Assembly (NCBI RefSeq): GCF_006345805.1
Contig: NW_021835961.1
Location: 1-64,000 of the forward strand
From: Octopus sinensis
Taxonomy: Eukaryota
DNA length: 64,000 nucleotides
Direction of reading: 5' to 3'
Of the stretch, positions 39,246-52,171 are shown in pieces (position 1 is the first letter of the stretch; each line of letters starts with the position of its first letter). The notes beneath the pieces were generated by a model, which was not told where the DNA came from, did not search any database, and worked only from the letters and a program-made list of their open reading frames with translations. A program made the translations under genes and the position numbers.

Positions 39246-40768
39246 CATCATCCTTGTCATTTAATATTCACTTTTCCATGCTTGCATGAGTCAGATGGAA
39301 TTTGTCAAGATAAACTTTCTATGGCTGGATACCTTTCCTCTCACCATCCCTCACCTGTTTCCAAGCGAGGTAATATTTGCACATAGTCAAACACGTTTTT
39401 CACAGAAGACTCATTTACAACCATCACATGATGTCTAGACAAGAGTACATACACACATACACAGATATACAGATCTCTCTTACTGAGGTAGACATGTACC
39501 TTTTTTTACTGCAAGACCTCTATTTCTTATTTCTTTATTGCCCACAAGGGGCTAAACATAGAGGGGACAGACAAGGACAGACAAAGGGATTAAGTCAATT
39601 ACATTGACCCCAGTGCGCAACTGGTACTTATTTAATCAACCCCGAAAGGATGAAAGGCAAAGTCGACCTCGGTGGAATTTGAACTCAGAACGTAACAGTA
39701 GACGAAATACCTATTTCTTTACTACCCACATGGGGCTAAACACAGAAAGGACAGACAAACGGATTAAGTCGATTATATCGACCCCAGTGCGTAACTGGTA
39801 CTTATTTAATCGACCCCGAAAGGATGAAAAGCAAAGTGGACCTCGGCGGAATTTGAACTTAGAACGTAGTGGCAGACAAAATACCTTTAAGCATTTCGCC
39901 TGGTGTGCTAACATTTCTGCCAGTTTACCGCCTTATTCTTGCAGTTCACCTGCAAGACCTCTATTTCTGCCCCACTACTCATACTCTAGCCTCTCATCTG
40001 GCACAAATCCACCTTCCTCAATATTATCCCCGCCACCCAGTTAAAGGGTCTTGTCTTGTAAATTATTTGGTGACCTCCCTGCTACTGGTGCCATGTAAAA
40101 GGCACCCAGTACACTCTCTAAAGTGGTTAGCATTAGGAAGGGCATACAAGTATAGAAACCATACCAAAACAGACAGTGGAACTTGACACAGTGATCTGAC
40201 TTGCCAACTCCTGTCAAACCATCCAACTCATGCTAGCATGGAGAATGGATGTTAAATGATGATAGTGATATATGTTGAGTTTCTTTCAGTTTCTAGCTAT
40301 CACGTCCACTCACAGGGCTGTGGTTGGCCCTGGGCTATTGTAGAAGGCATTTGCCCAGGGTGCCATATAATGGAACTGAACCCAGGATCACATGGTTACC
40401 TGAGCCTATTGTGTTGTGTAAATATCATATAGTGTCAAAATGCATCATCCAATATCCTGTTGCTTGCTGTCATATTTTAATAATCCATGATACTGAAGTT
40501 ATAAGTTCTAGCTGTAAAACCAAATACCATTCAATTTAAAATAGAGCCACTTAAGCTAAGTAGATAAGGAAAATAATTATATGTGTGTGTCTGTGTGATT
40601 GTGTATATACACGATCATCATTCTTTATCATCTAATGTCCACTTTTCTGTGTTTGCATGGGTCAGACGGAATTTTCTGAGGCATATTTTTCTATGGCCAA
40701 ATGCCCTTCATGTTACCAACTCTCATTTGTTTCCAAGCAAGGTAATATTTCACCATAACCAGACATGT

Positions 40769-41002
40769 ACATTATTTACAATTGATGGATATTTGTCCTC
40801 ATCTTGTTTGTTGTTGACACAACGTTTTGGCTGATATACCCTCCAGCCTTCGTCAGGTGTCTTGGGGAAATTTCGAACCTGGTTTCTCATTCCTAAGGTA
40901 TTTCCCCAAGACACCTGATGGAGGCTGGAGGGTATATCAGCCGAAACGTTGTGTTAACAACAAACAAGATGAGGACGAATATCCGTCAATTGTAAATAAT
41001 GT
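40769..41002. mobile_element. Penelope-like inverted repeat (~103-bp arms, 28-nt spacer), each arm with a hammerhead-like motif
   Basis: 40769-40871 is the near-exact reverse complement of 40900-41002. The + arm has CTGATGGAGGCTG...CAGCCGAAACGTT and the - arm has CTGACGAAGGCTG...CAGCCAAAACGTT. Confidence 0.75.
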
Positions 41003-42135
41003 CCATAATACCTCATCTTTTAAATATAGAACTGTATAACCAAACATGTTTTTCATACAAGACTAGAAACAAGCAGCATTATTTGTATGATAGTGATGCT
41101 CATCTACAGCCATTGCATGATGTCAGGGCAAGAGTGCACAAACACATATGTAGGGTCCTTTCAGTTTCTAGCTACTAAACCCACTCACATGACTTAGGTC
41201 AGCTTGTAACTATAGAAAAGACACTTGTCCCAGCTGACATGGGATGTACATCTTAGTCTTAATAATAACTTAATTCCTTTTGAATGCTACTGTTAAAATA
41301 GAATTAAAAAATGGATGTAGAAATAATAGAAAATTGATATGATGGAAAATAAAAAGCAAAAATGAAAAATGTATTACTAGAGAGCAAGCTAAAGTGGAGA
41401 GAATGGAATGGGAATGATTATTAAACTTGGAATGCAGTTAATAAAAGTTGGTATAGGGGTCCAATATGCATACATGTTTATGTGGGTGTGTGTGTGTGTG
41501 TATGCACACCAGTCATGTACATTAAGCTGATGTAGAAAGTGGGAAGAAGAAACTGCTCTTGAATGTGGGAAGGTAGGGTGTGTTTTATGGTCTACCTTGT
41601 CTGACAATTTGTTAAGGTCTAGTTACATAATAAATGCTTACCAAAATGTCTGCATTTTGCAACATCTCAGACTTAGTAAAATTGTGTTCAGTATCATGCA
41701 GGTTTTTAAGGATTCAAAGAACATATTTTTTTTATTTCTGTTCTTATAATGTCTTGACTTTTTCGCTTATGTTTGGAAGCCCTTTGTTTTACTTGACAGA
41801 TATAACTGGATAATTTCTTTCTCATTTTTCCTTTCAGTGTTTTTAAAAGAAAACTTATGATTGTAATATTTGTTTAAACCTTCCCTCAGTCATGTCTGTA
41901 GTGTTTATGTGCACCATTGAGGTGGATTGGTTTGGTAAAGATAACCTTCACTTCATATATACTGGCTTCAGTTTCATAAGTCATATTGAATGGGTATATG
42001 TTGGTGGTCTTCCATGTACAGCTGGCGATATTTTTTTTTCATATGGGTGATATTTGATATGATGGTTTTTATGTTAGCTGTGCAACTGCAACTAAAGATT
42101 ATGTCACTTGAATAATTGTTTATATTAATAGTTAA

Positions 42136-42353
42136 CCCTTTTGAGACATGGTGTTTTGGTATGTATAGCCAAAATCACCCACATTTTCTCTCTATTGAGA
42201 TACATCTATTGAAAGAGGATCTCTGATTTTAGCTATTTCACTTCAAAACCAACCATTCACAGCATTTGTTCCATCAGGCCAATGGATTGCTCCCAAAGTC
42301 CTTTCAGTTTGTATCACTTGGGCCGATCAATCAACCTGGGTGACTCAAGAGGG
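42136..42353. mobile_element. piggyBac-type MITE (family 3)
   Basis: TTAA|CCCTTTTGAG ... CTCAAGAGGG|TTAA, with TTAA at 42132-42135 and 42354-42357. Confidence 0.75.
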
Positions 42354-43170
42354 TTAATGAGGAAATGCAAACAATTAAAGCAAGAAATTTCTTGGCAATG
42401 CAAAACATGCTTTATATATGTGTGTGAGAGTATGTGTTTTATTCACACTTAATAAGAATTTTAATTAGAATATTCCATTGATATATTACTTATTGTACAA
42501 CTCACACTTACTTGGTTCATCTGGCTATTAAGAGGTACCAAGTGTTGGGACAACTTGTTGCTTTATGTAACTGGTAAATATTTTGTTGTTTTGTAGTGCT
42601 GTGTTTGAATCCTGTTTGATGTTTTCTAAGAAAGTGCAAGACTCCACCAGGCTAAATGCTTTCTTACTCACCACTTAAAAGTACCCCAGTGACTTAGTAG
42701 ATTATGTAACTTATCATTATCATGTATACTATTATGTGTATAAATGCAAGTAGGTTTTAGTGTTATTTAGTCACAGGCTGTTTCCTGGACAAAAGGGTCC
42801 ATGACTGAAATCATTCTAACCTTGACCATTTCATTTTCTGTTTTCCAACATATCTTTTTTTATACAGAACATTTATTTGTTATCTCCAGCAGATCCTATG
42901 ACCACATGGTGGTTCCCTGTTGACTCATAGCATTAGTACCTACTTAAGTATTACTTAAAAAATCATACTAGGTTATTGCTGTTAGCATTGTTTCAAATGT
43001 ACATCTAGATCAAGATCTTCTGCTTAAACTGTCCATCATATTGAAATAAAGAGTAACAAGATGTGGCTGTACGTAGATGAAATGGATTTGCTTATGTATA
43101 TTTCATTTGTGGGTCTGTGTATATGTTAATAGTGTTGTAGTTGTTTGTTTGGTCCTAGATCAGGCCAGAT

Positions 43171-43844
43171 GTAGCAGACCTATGATGAATGGAATTCTAG
43201 TCGTGACTATCTCATATTTCATTGAAACATAGGGTTTCTAAAATTACATTATTTGGCTGCTGTGTCTAGTAGGTCGAATGACCTATTATCATGTGGCTAA
43301 AAATGTTATTCATGACCATGTGGCTTCTGCTTTGGTGCTTTACACTGCACTTTGTGCAAGAGTCCAGCTATTACCTTGAGAGCTGAAGTTGGTAGACAGA
43401 AACTATGTCAAAAATTGTTATATGTATGTGTGTGTGTGTGTGCATACATGCACACACGCATGCGTGCACACACACACACACACACACGTAACAATCTTCC
43501 AAAAAATTTGCTCTCTGCCAGCATCACCTCAATAGGCAAACAATTGTGATGTTGAACCTCCTTGTTATAAACAGATAGCATATAAACAGATATATATATA
43601 GTTTCAAAAGTTAAACATATATATATATGTATGTGTGTGTGTGTGTAGCAGACCTATGATGAATGGTATTCCAGTCGTAACCATCTCATATTTCATTAAG
43701 ACATAGGGTTTCTAAAATTACATTATTTGGCTGCTATGTCTAGTAGGTCGAATGACCTATTATCATATGGCTAAGAATGTTATTCATGACCATGTGACTT
43801 CTGCTTTGGTGCTTTGCACTGCACTTTGTGCAAGTGTCTGGCTA
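43171..43844 (+). repeat. Local direct duplication of ~200 bp (43171-43370 and 43645-43844)
   Basis: Both units run GTAGCAGACCTATGATGAATGG...CACTTTGTGCAAG with scattered substitutions; offset 474 bp. Confidence 0.9.
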
Positions 43845-43967
43845 AACAATTAACTAGTAAACAAAATAAATATAAACAAGAAATTGATATTGATAAAAAA
43901 GCATAAGATTACTTTATATCAAAATAATAATAGATAACCAATTCTATGTTATCTCACAAACCAAAGA

Positions 43968-44337
43968 AAAACACGAGTACTCAGAAAGCAGCGCAAACCT
44001 CCGCCAAGGTAACACCAATGTCTCTCAAAGATTAGCCAGGGATGATTTTTAAAATGAGATATCTAAAACAAGCTTGACTGCTCTCACAAATGAGAATACT
44101 AAAAAAGAACCCAACCACTCTCAAAAATGAAGTAAAAAAAAAGGAAAATAATCACAAATCCTTGTCTGGTACCAGATTGATCCCAAAATTCTAATCAGTT
44201 CGTGCCAGTCACAAGGCCAAACATCCCTGAAAGTTTCATCTGATTCCATCCAGTGGTTCTTGAGATATCTTGTCCACAGACAAATAAACAAACAATGCCT
44301 GAAAACAATACTTCTGCCTTCGAAGGCGGAGGTAATA
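43968..44337. mobile_element. Helentron-associated non-autonomous element (HINE/DINE-1-like)
   Basis: Subterminal ACCTCCGCC near the left end and a terminal stem-loop TACTTCTGCCTTCGAAGGCGGAGGTA (44309-44334) that contains its complement; A/T-rich flanks. Confidence 0.65.
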
Positions 44338-44439
44338 AAAAATAACCAATTTACAATTGTAATGATCACTACAATGATAACAACATAATTCATAAAAATT
44401 GTGTACATGCTCATTCCATTAGCTATAAAAAATCTAAAA

Positions 44440-45506
44440 CAGATTATAGTGTACCTATAAATATAAATCACCCTGATAAATCTAATAAAATATAGTTTAT
44501 TATTCCCTATGCTATACAAATTAAAACTAATATATTAAATCTATATTCAAAGCCATCCATAAACACTAACAGTGATAATAGATACAATGAAATAATTAAC
44601 CATAAAACTATTAATATTGGTTTTAGCCTAGCATCTAACTTATTTACTGTTATATCATGTCAACAATAAGAAATTAATAAATTCTACAATCATAGAAATG
44701 TTAATAATAATAAATAAGGCGGCGAGCTGGCAGAAATGTTAGCATGCCAGACAAAATGCTTAGTGGTATTTTGTCTGTCTTTATGTTCTGAGTTCAAATT
44801 TCGCCGAGGTCAACTTTGCCTTTCATCCTTTCAGGGTCTATAAATTAATTACCAGTTGCATACTGGGGTTGATCTCCCCAAAAATTTCGGTCCTTGTGCC
44901 TAGAGTAGAAAAGAATAATAATAATCCTAATAACACCCTTGAACTTAAAATACATGTTCCAAATTCTAATAACTCAAATAATTGCTTACATATATATCCC
45001 AATAATAGAACCTTAACAACTAATACTAACACTACTAATATATATTCCTCATCTAATACAGCCACATATAACAACATTTATGAAAATTGTGATTGTAGAG
45101 TTAAAAATTGTAAAGTTTAAGAATTCATGTAAAGAAAAAGTGTTGTATATCAATGGACTGTTATAAGTAGGAAAAAATATATTTTATATTGGCTCAACAG
45201 AAAATACTATTAAGACTAGAGTGGCAAATCATTTTGAAACTTTTAAGAATAGAAAGAAAGCTAATTCCACTGGATTAAGTAAATTTACATGGGAATTAAA
45301 AGATAATAATATTAAATTTGATATTAAATGAGACATCATTACTTCTGCACTGGCTTACAAAGTCAATAATTAAAAATGTTTTTCTTTGTATAACTGAGGC
45401 TATTTTTTTTATTATTTCATCTAAGAATACCCTACTTAATCTAAGAAATGAGAAAAGTATTTCCTGTATTCATGCGGGAAAATATGTATTTTCCAAATTT
45501 AAATAA
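44440..45506 (+). mobile_element. Degenerate Penelope-like element ORF 3' part (linker plus GIY-YIG endonuclease), interrupted by a family A SINE at 44718-44913
   Basis: Broken frames read KI*FIIPY..IKTNIL..., NCDCRVKNCKV...VVYQ (45085 on), FYIGSTENTIKTRVANHFETFKNRKKANSTGLSKFTWELK (45182 on) and LLNLRNEKSISCIHAGK* (to 45506), matching Penelope CNC...C..VVY..YIG.TE..FK.R..NH...LS..IW.LK...LLN.R.E...C.H. Confidence 0.88.
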
Positions 45507-45644
45507 TTGTTTTATTATCTCTCTCACTGGAATACCTGTATGTTCACTTTGAATCCCTAGCGCCACAATATAAATTACCTCTCCCATAATCACTACCTAA
45601 TTAAACCACCTTTAATATTAATTTCTTCTTCTACTACATATCTA

Positions 45645-46470
45645 TTACACCAGTGCAGCTTTATCCTTCGACAATGACAAGTCTCTAACTAAATCATTTA
45701 ACTCTCCTTGAGAAAATTTCTGTGGTACATCTTTTCAATCATGATTTCACGATTAAAATCGTGAAATCTGCACCCACTTCAGTGTCTTCGACAGCAGTAA
45801 TATTTTCTTCAGGAAATACATCTTTGTCAGACATCTGAAGGCCATTTCTGGTGGTATTGGAATAAAAAGATCATCATCGTTGTGTGGTACTGGTCTTCTT
45901 GCTGATCCAAGTTGGGATACACAATCTTATGCTTGGTCTTTACAATAAACCCACATACATTATTAACGTTGCAGAAATAACAGTCCATGAAATGATCCTT
46001 TGGCTCTCCCCATATAAGTATTGCAAATGGCATTGCTCTCTTCCCCTAATTGAGTCAATCCCTTAGTCCATTTGAACAAGCTGAGCAGATGATGTGCGGG
46101 TCCCAACTCTTATCTTGATCCCCAGGAGAGCAGCCAAAGTATAACTGGTAGATCTTGCAATGGCACATTGCTGAGTTTTGGTGGTAAATGATTTCACTTG
46201 TAATGGCACGTTGCTGAGTTTTGGTGGTAAATGAACCACAGACATGACAAAATATATCAGGACTATTCTTGCAATGCCTTGACATAGAATTTACCTGTAT
46301 AAGATGTTTATGTGTAGCAATACTGCTGATGGGAGTTATATACCTCTCTTATTTCATCAGAAAAACTGTGCCTGATAGAAGGAAACTGATGACATTTTTA
46401 AAACCTGCAGACAAAACTACATATAAAACACCATATAATATCCCTGATGAAAATTGGCTGTTGACCTTTG
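45645..46470 (-). mobile_element. Degenerate Chapaev3-like (CMC superfamily) transposon, 5' end plus transposase N-terminal part
   Basis: Minus frames read MSRHCKNSPDIFCHVCGSF..., YQLYFGCSPGDQDKSWDPHIICSACSNGLRD*, WGEPKDHFMDCYFC, SARRPVPH and PQKFSQGELNDLVRDLSLSKDKAAL. Several frameshifts, one caused by a 43-bp tandem duplication (46154/46197). Confidence 0.75.
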
Positions 46471-47217
46471 TAATTAATCATAGTCATGGCCGATGCCAGT
46501 GCCATCTGACTGGCACATAAAAAGAACTGTTTGAGCGTTGGACCTCATGGAGGCAGTGACAGGTAACTGAGACCTTTGGCGATATACCATGCTTGTATAG
46601 ACCTGTGAAGCAAAGTGAGATCATAGTCGTGGCTGGTGTCATGTCAGTGGCACATAAAAAGCATCCACTATACTCTTGGAGTGGTTGGCGTTAGGAAGGG
46701 CATCCAACTGTAGAAATCTTGCCAAATCAGATTGGAACCTGGTGCAGCTCTCTGGCTTACCAGTTTTCAGTCGAACTGTCCAACTCATGCCAGTAGGGAA
46801 AGCGGACGTTAAATGATGATGAACTGAGTAGTCTGGCAAAAGTGACCGAAAGAATAAATACCAAACTGGAAAAAATATAACTACTGGGTTTGTTTTTTCA
46901 ACTAAAACTTTTAAGGTGGTGCCCCAGCATGGTTGCAGCCAGTGAGTGAAGCAAGTAATGGGTAAAATATGGATATATGTTAAACAGGTATAAATGACTG
47001 TATCAGATTGAATCAGAACAACATAGGTAAGAAATGTGTGTGTAATGATAGCGATATACTCACCATTATGGATATCCAGAAGAAAGAGGCATGAAAATGT
47101 TCATAAGAAGTTGTTGAATGACAAAAATTGTTACAGTAGAGAGGGACTATTCTAGGTAAAGTCAACACAAAGAGCAGCTATTAAAACTGACGACCTTATT
47201 GTTGAAATGAACATTAA

Positions 47218-47439
47218 CCTTTTTGTTACCAACCCAGCTGAAAACAGATCTGGATCTGAGTACAAATGTCTTATTTTCATAAGTTTTGAAAATTAAAATC
47301 TTCCACCAAACCTGAGTCACAATTTATGTTCCTAACACTAGCTTAATGATAACTAAGTTATTTTGCTAAATTCTTTGTTATATTTAAATTAATTGAAAGA
47401 TATACAGAGCACCTTAACAGAAATACAGTAATGAAAGTG
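47218..47439. mobile_element. piggyBac-type MITE (family 1)
   Basis: TTAA at 47214-47217 and 47440-47443; homologous to 3041-3261. Confidence 0.78.
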
Positions 47440-47443
47440 TTAA

Positions 47444-47777
47444 ACCTTTTACAGTTAAACTAGCCATATCCATCCCAAATATTTGACCTGTTTTATGTTC
47501 AAACTGGCCAGATCTGACCTTTGACTCCTACCCTATAAAATGCTCATTGAAATTGAGTAGCATCCTGTTTGCCGGGTGGCTGGGTAATTCAGTCATTTAT
47601 ATGCCATGGAAAGTAGGTTAAGCTCTGGCCTTATGAATCCTGGGGCTCATAACACAACTATCCCTGCCAAAATGCACATTGAAATCGCACAACTACGAGA
47701 TAATGTATGATCAATTCAAAGCAGTGTGAATAAATAAACATTACATTTGACAGAATAATCTGATTGCTAAAGGGTTA
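47444..47777. mobile_element. piggyBac-type MITE (family 2) interrupted by a 106-bp insertion
   Basis: Ends TGCTAAAGGG|TTAA; homologous to 61612-61812 apart from the insert at 47559-47664. Confidence 0.65.
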
Positions 47778-50700
47778 AGAATATGCAGGCAGGGCAAACA
47801 GCTGAACCATCAAGGATAGTTGCTTGGGATAAGTGTGTCATAAGATCCAGGATTCATAAGGCCAGAGCTTAACCCACTTTCCATGGCATGCAAATGACTG
47901 AAATTACAACCCATCTTTCATCTCCCAAACAGGATGCTGGTCAATTATAAAATTGATTATGATTTTTTTAATACAATCAGAAGGTCATAAATTTGAGGAG
48001 AAAGTGCATAATTAGATCAATTTCATCCTCCTTTCATTATTCTATTGGTTCTGCTTTTGATTAATCTCCAAAGGATAAAAATGCAAAGTTGGTCCTGGTG
48101 GAATTTAAACTTTTAACATTAAAGATACACATCTAAGCACTGCAAAGCATTTTATCTGTTATTTTACTGATTCTGCCAATTCAATCCTTAATAGCAATAG
48201 TAGTAATGATGATGATGGTGGTGATGGTGATGGTGGTGGTGATGATAACTGTTGGGACCACATTTTATGAATTTTCTTATTTATATTTGAATGTACAAAT
48301 TTATACATCCTCTTAACATCATTTCATTATTACATTAAAGATTTTTTAGACATAACTGAAGTTGTTTAAAGTGTATCACCCAAATGCACAAGTTCCATTA
48401 AAGCAGGTTAATATTACAGATATTAATAAGGTGGCAAGCTGGCAAAATTGCTATTGTATCAGGTTGAATGCCTAGCAGCGTTTTGTCCATTATTATGTTC
48501 TGAGTTCAAATTCGCCAAGGTCTGACTTGCCTTTCATCCTTCAGGGATGATAAAATAAGTACCAGCTGCATACTAGGGTCAATGTAATCAACTTATTCCA
48601 TCACCTGAACTTGCTGGCCTTGTGCCAGAATTTGAAATCGACGCTACAGATGTTAAACGCAGCATGCAGCAGAACCGTTACTGTGCTGGGGAAAATGCTT
48701 AGTGGCATTTTGTCCATCATTACGTTTTGAGTTCAAGTTCTGCTGAGGTCGACTTCGCCTCTTATTCTTTCAAGGTCAATGAAATAAGTACCAGTTGTTC
48801 ACTAGGGTTGATGTAATTGACTGCCTTCATTCCCCCGCAAACATTTTCCGGCTTTGTGGCCCTATAGTAGAAAGGAATCTTATAGATGTTAAGAATCATG
48901 GTGCGATAGACAGTAGAATGCCTTACTAAGCACTTGTGAGGTTAGTATTGAGGCTTAAGTTCCAACATGTATCAGTTGATTTTGCCCTAAGGATCAAAAA
49001 ATAAGTACCACTCAAATACTGTGGGTGATTGATTAGCTATACTTATCCTACCAAATTTTTTGGCAGCCTCATATCAATGCTAGAAACCATTATTAAAACA
49101 TAGATTTCTTAGTTCAGTTTGAGTTAAAAATCTCACCTTGCTGACAGTTTTGTGTTTTGATGTGATTTGTCATTGTGTTTAACCCTTGGCAGGCCTGATG
49201 AAGTAATCTTGATCAAAATTTTTCTCTTTTTATTTGAGTATACGTATTTTGGACTACGTTATCCAATGTATCTGTTTTATATGTAGTCAGATGTGAGTTG
49301 AGGGTGATTGGTTGCTAATTCTAGCGAGTTGAACAATCTCATAGTAGCTACTTCATTAGCTCATGAGTTGACGTTTTTCTTAACAGACAGGATGTCTTAA
49401 TATCAGAGAAGCTGAGTTAATCTCCAGCATACTCTGCTTGTTATACAGGACAGCATTCCTAATTAGATGCTGAACACAGCCATCAATGATGCCAAAAGAA
49501 TTTGCCTAACTTGCTTCAGTCAACAAACTTCAAAATTCCAACCTCCCCATATCCCATCACTGCTCCAAATAGTTCTCACTATGTCAGTTTATGTGTTGAT
49601 TAAACCATTGACTCACAAGAGATGAATAAATGATGTAAATGCGAATAGCTTTGACAGAGTAAACATTAAAAAACATATTAACTTTATGTTAAACAGACCT
49701 TGAGCTTTCAGCTACTGTGAAGTTGTTATTCAGTAAAAGTAGTATGCTACAAAAGATTAGAGTGGGCTACATATGACACCTAACTGCTTGAGTAAGGGGA
49801 GATGTTGATTTTAACAGTGCTGATATGGAAGAATGACTATGCAGGGAATTATTATATTCCTCAACTCTTAATGGATCATTCAAGCTTCCTAAAGACTTGT
49901 CTTTATGTGTATTGTCTTGTGAGGAAGTTAGGCTGCCAAAGTACATTCTTCTCTACGTTATTGACATGGGTTGGAAAATGCTTGTTTGAGTAGTGGTATG
50001 TGAGATTAACCTTTTGCTAGTAACTGTCAGAAGCTGCTTTAGTTCATCATCATCATCATTTAATGTCTTTTTCCATGCTGGTATGGAACTGCAGGGTTGA
50101 CAGGAGCGGTCAGCTAGAGAGCTGCCCTGGCTCTCTCAGTTCTTTGGCATGGTTTACAGCTGGATGCCCTTCCTAATGCCAACCATTTTACACAGCTCTC
50201 GGCAAAGGTGCATTATGTGACACTGGCATGAGTGCTTTTTATGTGGCACCACGCACCCCTGGGCTTAATACATAAGGAATGCTCAGCTGCTGTGATATAA
50301 AAAACCACATTTTTTGTTGTTTTTTTGTTTGAGTATTCATATTTAAAATCTATCTTAATTTTATGTGAAACACTTTAAATAAATTGTTTCAAACTACACC
50401 TTGATTAAAGAGAGGTCAGACACCTTACTAAATTCCTCCAAATTCTTGATTATTTTAAAGTTTTATTGAAATACATAGGCGCATTATTTCTTGAGAAATA
50501 TGGTCAGAAAAGATTTTAAATAGATCGAACTTGTATCATAGATTTATATCATTTGGTTATCCCGAGCTTTCCACTTCTCTACAACTGTCTGTTTTGTAAC
50601 TTATCAGTCATATGTTAAACACAAAAGACAGGGCTTCTTCTGTAAGTTCAGTGATCCTATGTCTAGTTATGTAAAAATGTATGTACGTACGTGTGTGGTG

Positions 50701-52171
50701 TGTGTGTGGGAGAGAGAGAGGAACTGCATTTATCATCTATCTTTTACTTGTTTCAGTCATTTAGCTGTAGCCATGCTGGGGCACTGCCTTGAAGAATTCA
50801 GTCAAACAAATCTCCTCTAAAGTTGACATAACACCAACACTGGTTATTCAAGTGATAGAGTTAGCAAATCAAAGACACACGATATATTACATATATATGG
50901 CAGGTTTCCATACAGTTTCTCTCTACTCTAAACCAATCCACTCACAATGCATTGATTGGCTTGGGGCTATAGTGGAACACACTTGCCATTCTGTGAGAAC
51001 TGAACTTGAAACTGGGTAATTGCAAAGCAAGCTTCTTAATTTCACAGTCTTGCATGCACCTATTCACCTAATCCATAGAAATTCATAGAAAAGTTTGATA
51101 AGACCAATTGCCGTAAGGTATGGTAATTGACTTCATTAAACTTCTTTTAAGCAATAATTTAACATGAAAAATTGGCTTCTTTGTGCACATACTAATCCTT
51201 TCTACTAAAGGCACAAAGCCTGAAATTTTTGGGGAGGGGACTAATTGATTACATCGACCCCAGTGCTTCACTGGTACGTAATTTATTGACACTGAAAGGA
51301 TGAAAAGCAGAGCCGACCTCGGTGTATTTGAACTCAGAACGTAAGGCAGATGAAATACTGCAAAGCATTTTGCCTGGTGCGTTAACGATTCTGCCAATTC
51401 ACCACCTTAATAATAATAATAATAATAATATAATAATCCTCATATGAGCATAATAATAATATATAACTAGAATAAAATGGGAAGACATAAATTGTTACTC
51501 TTTTCTGCTATTAGTGGAAAAATTCTGTTTGATACTCTCTAAGTTGTTTGATGTATATATAAACAGTTTAGGTACAGGAGTGGCTGTGTGGTAAGTAGCT
51601 TGCTTACCAACCACATGGTTCCGGGTTCAATCCCACTGCATGGTACCTTGGGCAAGTGTTTTCTACTATAGCCTTGGGCTGACCAACGCATTGTGAGTAC
51701 GTTTGGTAGAAGAAACTGAAAGAAGCCTGTCGTATATATATATGTATGTATGTGTGTGTATGTGTTTGTGTGTCTGTGTTTGTCCCCCCCAACATTGCTT
51801 GACAACTGATGCTGGTGTGTTTACATCCCCATAACTTAGCAGTTTGGCAAAAGAGACTGATAGAATAAGTACTACTAGCTTACAAAGAATAAGTCCTGGG
51901 GTCGATTTGCTCAACTAAAAGCAGTGCTCCAGCATAGCCACAGTCAAATGACTGAAACAAGTAAAAGAGTTTATATAATTCAGAAAAAGGTTGTATTTGT
52001 TCTTATTGCTAAAAATATAAATAGTACAAACTAAAAAGGTCACCTGTTGCATGACAGGTCTTTTGCACATTCTTTTGTGTGGTCTTATTTTTCTTAATAT
52101 CATCCTTGTATTATGTAATGGACAAGAACTACATAAAAAAATATATTTTCATTTGTCTTACAATGAAATGG

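Noticed and set aside
45743-45768. Perfect 12-bp hairpin GATTTCACGATT-AA-AATCGTGAAATC
   Set aside because: It lies inside the decayed transposase coding region, not at an element end; no functional context.
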